A DNA stretch of 64,000 nt. Origin: Candidatus Gottesmanbacteria bacterium. GTDB taxonomy: Bacteria > Patescibacteriota > Microgenomatia > UBA10105 > UBA927. The notes under the pieces are model-generated. The model was not told the DNA's origin, did not search any database, and saw only the letters and a program-made list of their open reading frames with translations. Positions 59,564-64,000 of this stretch are shown one piece after another. The position numbers were made by a program, and so were the translations under genes. The DNA is taken from assembly GCA_963701185.1 (NCBI GenBank), contig OY969569.1, positions 447,054 through 511,053 of the forward strand, in the 5' to 3' direction. Within the stretch, counting starts at the first letter, position 1; the number at the start of each line of letters is the position of its first letter.

Positions 59564-60367
59564 TTATGACCGCTGCAGACTTTCCCCCGTTACTTTATCA
59601 AGCCATGGCCAACCATTGATGGTCACGTGGATATCCTCTCCCCATAATGCCGGTGCAAAGCCTATGGCTGCCGTAAATACCGCCTTTTTGAATGCAGGAA
59701 TAAAATGTTCGTCATCAACCGGAATATGATCGACAGAATAAACAGCCCCTAATCGCATCAACACCGGAAGTGACAGACCTGCCGAAAGATCAGTAACTGT
59801 TGTCGGAGGAAAATTTTCCTCCCGATATGCCGAACTGACATAAAACCTTTTTAATGCATTATTATAGAGAGAAAATCCGCGATCTGTTGCAAAAAATGCC
59901 ACCGCATGCGGATCCAATTCGATCACGCTGTATCTTTTGGCGTGTTCCCTAACATTCAGAGCTGTTAAATGAGACCCCGATGCAGATTCAACCATATAAA
60001 TCGGCGGCATTTTCGTTTTTTTCGAAGCTCGCGCCATTGAAACAAACGTTTCTTGTACGCTTGTTTCGTCAACCGGCTTTCCCCGGCTAATTAAACCAAC
60101 CCGTTTACCATTATCAGTCAAACAAACTGTCGCAGTTCGGGTATCTGCCGCAAGAACCATAACCGATTCCGTCGACTGGCTTAAAAACTGAGCAAGGACA
60201 TAGTTAATTTTCCCATGCATCACATCAATGACATTCGGGATATCAGGTTCTTCGCCGCCGGGATAAGAATCTATCGTTATATCCGCAAATTCATGACGCA
60301 AAAAGGCTTGCCTCCGACGGTTTTGTCCTGCATAGACAACGCGATTTATTTCCGGACTTAATCCCAT
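59564..60367 (-). CDS. Divergent Maf/Ham1-like protein
   Basis: VVYA.Q..RR, VLAADT, GKP and S.GL motifs resemble Maf. Confidence 0.5.
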   Translation of the reverse strand: MGLSPEINRVVYAGQNRRRQAFLRHEFADITIDSYPGGEEPDIPNVIDVMHGKINYVLAQFLSQSTESVMVLAADTRTATVCLTDNGKRVGLISRGKPVDETSVQETFVSMARASKKTKMPPIYMVESASGSHLTALNVREHAKRYSVIELDPHAVAFFATDRGFSLYNNALKRFYVSSAYREENFPPTTVTDLSAGLSLPVLMRLGAVYSVDHIPVDDEHFIPAFKKAVFTAAIGFAPALWGEDIHVTINGWPWLDKVTGESLQRS

Positions 60368-60374
60368 AAAACGC

Positions 60375-60396
60375 AAAAAAGCCCGCTACGGGGCTT
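60375..60396 (-). terminator. Intrinsic terminator immediately upstream of the Maf-like start
   Basis: AAGCCC-CGTAGC-GGGCTTTTTT on the minus strand. Confidence 0.75.
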
Positions 60397-60445
60397 CAGA
60401 AATTAATAAAACGAGTACGATGTTTATGTTTTTTCATTTGGTGTC

Positions 60446-60523
60446 CTACTCCCGGCGGCGGCGCCGGAATGGCGTTACTTGAGAAAAAAACAAAAGGCGC
60501 TTGAAAAAAGCTTTCTTTTTCAT
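60446..60523 (-). CDS. Candidate leader peptide MKKKAFFKRLLFFSQVTPFRRRRRE
   Basis: Follows a TTGACT...TACACT promoter. 5 Phe and an Arg5 run. Precedes a terminator. Confidence 0.4.
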   Translation of the reverse strand: MKKKAFFKRLLFFSQVTPFRRRRRE

Positions 60524-60559
60524 GCGCTTTTTGCCAGTGTACCAAATCTATTTGATAAG

Positions 60560-61156
60560 TCAAGAAGCATTTACCGGGAGTTTCGCTATACGTATCGGTT
60601 TTCCTTTTTCATCAAACTCTATTTTGAACCCCGATGCCTGCGGTACATACCGGTGATCGTACGGGAAGCATCTCGGCAACGGTTTGCCGCTATACCGCGT
60701 CGCAACACTCATAATGGGATCACCGTGTGATACCATGACGATCTGTTTTCCTGCATGTAAACGCGCTCTGCTTTTGACGCACCGGTCCATGCGCGCGTAT
60801 ATTGCCTCAAGCCGTTCCCCGCCTGCCCGGATATACTTCGGATGGTAAAAATCCGAGTCGATGTTGTCAATACATGCCTTCGGCTTTCCCTGCAGGGGCG
60901 TCCGAATATCCAGGAGCCGCCGGTCAGTTCGGACTTTCTTCCTGAATTTTTTTGCAATTATTTCTGCCGTTTGATACGCGCGCGTGAGCCGGCTGCTGTA
61001 TATGACCGTGATGGGTTTACTAGCCAAAAAAAACGCAATTTTTTCCGCCTGCCGTTTTCCTTCCGTTGATAACGGAAACCCCGGAAGCCTTCCGTGCAAA
61101 ATAGCTTTCGGATTTTCGTACGCCCCGTGGCGGATGAGATACACAATCGTTTTCAT
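60560..61156 (-). CDS. Histidine phosphatase family protein
   Basis: LIRHG, G..QA, SS.L.RA.QTA, VSHG. Confidence 0.92.
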   Translation of the reverse strand: MKTIVYLIRHGAYENPKAILHGRLPGFPLSTEGKRQAEKIAFFLASKPITVIYSSRLTRAYQTAEIIAKKFRKKVRTDRRLLDIRTPLQGKPKACIDNIDSDFYHPKYIRAGGERLEAIYARMDRCVKSRARLHAGKQIVMVSHGDPIMSVATRYSGKPLPRCFPYDHRYVPQASGFKIEFDEKGKPIRIAKLPVNAS

Positions 61157-61905
61157 TACCACCCTTTCTCCCGCTGCACGCGCCCTTCCCCGTTCAATCT
61201 CGGATAAAAAAATGTCCGATACCGCTCATCAACCGACTCCATGAGAGCGTATATATCATGACCGCTATTTTCCAATTTTGTATACCGATTCCCGAAAGCC
61301 AACCTATCCCACAAGGTAAACGTTCCCCCTTTATTTGGAAATTCACGCATCATGATTTCCAGCGGAATAGTATATGTTGGACGTTCATCATTACGTTGTA
61401 TTCGTACGCTGTCCGCGGCAACAATCTCCTGAATAAGCGCATGTGGTAATAATCCTCTGCGTAACAGCTGTTCCCGGTTCCATTGCGGGCTATGGATAAC
61501 CGGCTCTTTGCCGTCCCCAAAGGAGTCATTTACTCCCGGAGTAATTTCTGCCACCATCGTATCTTTCGGACCTGAATTTCGAAGAAATTCCTCGAGTTCA
61601 TTAAAATACACTCCATGCCCTGAATTTAATCCGTTGCCGTCTAAAAAACTAATGCGCAGCCGGCCTACCGGGGCATCCGGATTATGAACAATAGAATGCT
61701 CGCCGACAACTGCACCTTCAGGAGTTCTCCGAGACGGATCATGAAGGAATCGCGAAACGTCCGCCCATACTGCTTTGTCTAATGGCAATTTATCATCCAT
61801 AAAGTAGGGGGTGAAACCATTTTCCATGAGTAACTCCTCCATTTTGTGGCTTACTAACGTCTTACCCGATCCCGGAAGGCCGTAATTAAACAGTATTTTA
61901 ATCAT
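61156..61905 (-). CDS. Divergent P-loop (NMP-kinase-like) protein
   Basis: GLPGSGKT near the N-terminus, R.QRN.ER lid-like motif. Confidence 0.65.
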   Translation of the reverse strand: MIKILFNYGLPGSGKTLVSHKMEELLMENGFTPYFMDDKLPLDKAVWADVSRFLHDPSRRTPEGAVVGEHSIVHNPDAPVGRLRISFLDGNGLNSGHGVYFNELEEFLRNSGPKDTMVAEITPGVNDSFGDGKEPVIHSPQWNREQLLRRGLLPHALIQEIVAADSVRIQRNDERPTYTIPLEIMMREFPNKGGTFTLWDRLAFGNRYTKLENSGHDIYALMESVDERYRTFFYPRLNGEGRVQREKGW

Positions 61906-61938
61906 CGCATCTCCTTCCGGTGAAGAGAATAATATTTT

Positions 61939-62694
61939 TCATCTTTCCAAACGGAACGGTTCTTGTGTTCGTCCTTCCGGTGATATTTTACCCCCTTCTC
62001 CGCGGATATACGGAACAATCCGTTCCGCTACGATTTTTTCCGCTTCACGGAGAAATATATCCCGATCATTTGTTTCGTTGCGGAAAAGAATATACCTGTC
62101 TCCCAAACCGTGCCGTATCTTCCAAAATTCACCCGCATCAGTTGCAGCCACGGCAAAAATATCATCCGGTACGGGATTTTTCCTTTCCTTATTTCTCTGA
62201 CTCCGGATATCGAACGGAGCTTCCATTTCAATAACGAGAATGTGTTCTGTTATGCATTCATCATGAAATAATTTAAGAAAATGCTCGCCCGATTGCCGAA
62301 GAAGCGGCTTCCCTTTCGTTATCTCAACATCCGGGCCGATGCCGATTTCAAGGACCTGTAGCGACGGCTGACTTTTATGCCGGATACTCTGAACCATCGC
62401 CCTATGAGCAATGCCGTGGAGCGTGCCGTCTTTCACGCCGAACTCCCTGGATCCCGATTCCGCGTGAGGTTTATAGAGAGTGCTATACACTCCGACTCTT
62501 CCTTTTTCCGGGGCTCCGGCGCTCAAAACATCCCGGATAACTTCTTCTTCAATAAATATTCTGTCGCTTGAAAAATTGAGGGGAACCCGTATTGATTCTT
62601 CCTGAGGCAAACGGGTTTTTAAAAACTGCGTAAAATCCGTTTTTCCGGCACCATACTTTCCCAACACGAATAATGCTTGGATTGGGTAATTCAT
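61939..62694 (-). CDS. Divergent P-loop (NMP-kinase-like) protein, paralog
   Basis: GKYGAGKT, IRSQRNKER. Confidence 0.65.
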   Translation of the reverse strand: MNYPIQALFVLGKYGAGKTDFTQFLKTRLPQEESIRVPLNFSSDRIFIEEEVIRDVLSAGAPEKGRVGVYSTLYKPHAESGSREFGVKDGTLHGIAHRAMVQSIRHKSQPSLQVLEIGIGPDVEITKGKPLLRQSGEHFLKLFHDECITEHILVIEMEAPFDIRSQRNKERKNPVPDDIFAVAATDAGEFWKIRHGLGDRYILFRNETNDRDIFLREAEKIVAERIVPYIRGEGGKISPEGRTQEPFRLER

Positions 62695-63278
62695 CCCTTA
62701 TAAATTTTGTGGCAGGAGGAACAGACGGCTATATATTTGGCTGAGACTTTACCACGTGTCCCTACGGACAACTGCGTGGTTCCGGCGATGCGCTCGGTAT
62801 GCGCGGCTTTTCCCCCGCATTTGACGCAGATACTAAATTGTTCAATACATTCGTCTGCCATCTTCATGAGTGTTTTTGTCGCTCCGTATTCCTTCTTCCG
62901 ATAATCGTAGATAAGACCGTTCACATAGACGTCAATCCCCGACTCCTGTAATTTTTTGACGACCGCGATGCATTCCTGCTTCGGGAAAAAATGCACGGCG
63001 TCGATAATCACTTTTTTAATCCCCTGCCCGCCGACGTACTCCAGAATTTTCCCGGGTTTTTTCATGTCGATGTAGATAACCGGCAGCGGCCGTTCGTCGT
63101 GCGATGTGGTATGCCCCATGCCTCCGTTTGAAACCGCTTCTGCTTTGAAACAAAGCGTGCTAAAACCTACATTGGACAAAACGGTAAACAGCGTGAGAAG
63201 TTTTGTTGTTTTTCCGGCAAACATGGGTCCGGCAATCACCGTCAACCTGCCTTTTGTCGAAGTTTTACTCTTTGCCAT
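62691..63278 (-). CDS. tdk: Thymidine kinase
   Basis: GPMFAGKT, IDA.HFF, GL..DY, C..CG, Y.AVC..C. Confidence 0.9.
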   Translation of the reverse strand: MAKSKTSTKGRLTVIAGPMFAGKTTKLLTLFTVLSNVGFSTLCFKAEAVSNGGMGHTTSHDERPLPVIYIDMKKPGKILEYVGGQGIKKVIIDAVHFFPKQECIAVVKKLQESGIDVYVNGLIYDYRKKEYGATKTLMKMADECIEQFSICVKCGGKAAHTERIAGTTQLSVGTRGKVSAKYIAVCSSCHKIYKG

Positions 63279-63909
63279 GTCGTTTATTCAAAATATTTAT
63301 TACGATCTTCCAAATAGAAGACGCGACGTCTTGGAGAGATTTTGCCGCGTCCACAACAACATACCGCGACGGATTATTTTTTGCAAGAGTCAAATATCCC
63401 GCGCGTACCCGCTCGTAAAAATCCTTTTGCTGCATATCCAGCCGGTCTTTTTGTTTGGTGCTTTTTCCTAATCGGGCAAGCCCTACGGAGGGGGGCGCAT
63501 CGAGAAGAATCACCATATCTGCTTTCACGCCGTTGACCGCCAACTCGTTAAGCGCTGTAATTTCTTCAGCTCCCAAATTTCTCCCGTATCCCTGATAGGC
63601 AATACTTGAGTCCACAAACCGGTCCGAAATGACAATTTTTCCCTCTGCGAGCGCCGGCGCAATCGTCTCGCGGACATGCTGGGCGCGCGATGCGGCCATG
63701 AGATACGCCTCCGCGACCGGATCCAAATCCACGTTTGCCCTGTCGTGTGTGATGACGCGGATTTGCTCGCCGATCCGTGTTCCGCCCGGCTCGCGCGTCA
63801 CCACGACGTTCATGCCTCTGTCGCGCAGCCGGTTTGCCAGCATCTGAACCTGAACGGACTTCCCCGCTCCTTCACCGCCCTCAAATACGATAAACAGGCC
63901 GCGTTTCAT
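63265..63909 (-). CDS. tmk: Thymidylate kinase
   Basis: FEGGEGAGKS, REPGGT, SDRF.DSS.AYQG.GR. Confidence 0.97.
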   Translation of the reverse strand: MKRGLFIVFEGGEGAGKSVQVQMLANRLRDRGMNVVVTREPGGTRIGEQIRVITHDRANVDLDPVAEAYLMAASRAQHVRETIAPALAEGKIVISDRFVDSSIAYQGYGRNLGAEEITALNELAVNGVKADMVILLDAPPSVGLARLGKSTKQKDRLDMQQKDFYERVRAGYLTLAKNNPSRYVVVDAAKSLQDVASSIWKIVINILNKRHGKE

Positions 63910-63957
63910 ACAAAAATCATCCTAATGAAAAATGGGATAAAGTGCAAGCGGAGAAAT

Positions 63958-63989
63958 AATATCTTATCGTGTTAACACGGTGATATATT
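63958..63989. promoter_or_regulatory. Imperfect 32-bp palindrome centred on CGTGTTAACACG
   Basis: 63964-63985 matches 24010-24031 at 17/22 positions. Confidence 0.5.
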
Positions 63990-64000
63990 TATGAATATCA

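Overview
A compact, gene-dense bacterial chromosome segment. Gene content and style point (by inference) to a Patescibacteria/CPR genome of the Microgenomates type: short EF-Ts, RF1 lacking its N-terminal domain, two TrpR/YerC-like paralogs, and many -10 boxes directly in front of start codons. Most of the window is housekeeping, largely on the minus strand: folD, xerD-like, yebC, tgt, kef-type antiporter, rluD-like, lgt, dnaB, hisS, rpmE-prfA, rpsF-ssb-rpsR, ychF, thyA-folA, cysS, dnaX-ybaB-recR, ahcY, prs, proS, rseP, rpsB-tsf-frr, glyA, tmk-tdk, plus one tRNA-Leu(CAA). I saw no CRISPR-Cas, transposase or prophage. The unexplained signal is non-coding. (1) A ~780-nt ORF-free tract at 6170-6940 folds preferentially on the minus strand and contains four gap-free 24-bp repeats separated by unique 53-68-nt spacers. 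(2) A perfect 28-bp palindrome occurs in four identical copies. (3) A kef-tgt hotspot is built from diverged fragments of its own flanking genes. (4) REP/dRS3-like palindromes sit in frame inside tgt and the rluD-like gene. (5) A small hairpin RNA with its own promoter converges on a DUF3800-like gene. (6) Short leader ORFs precede a radical SAM/SPASM-hisS unit and a Maf-like gene. All calls are by eye, and no database searches were run.
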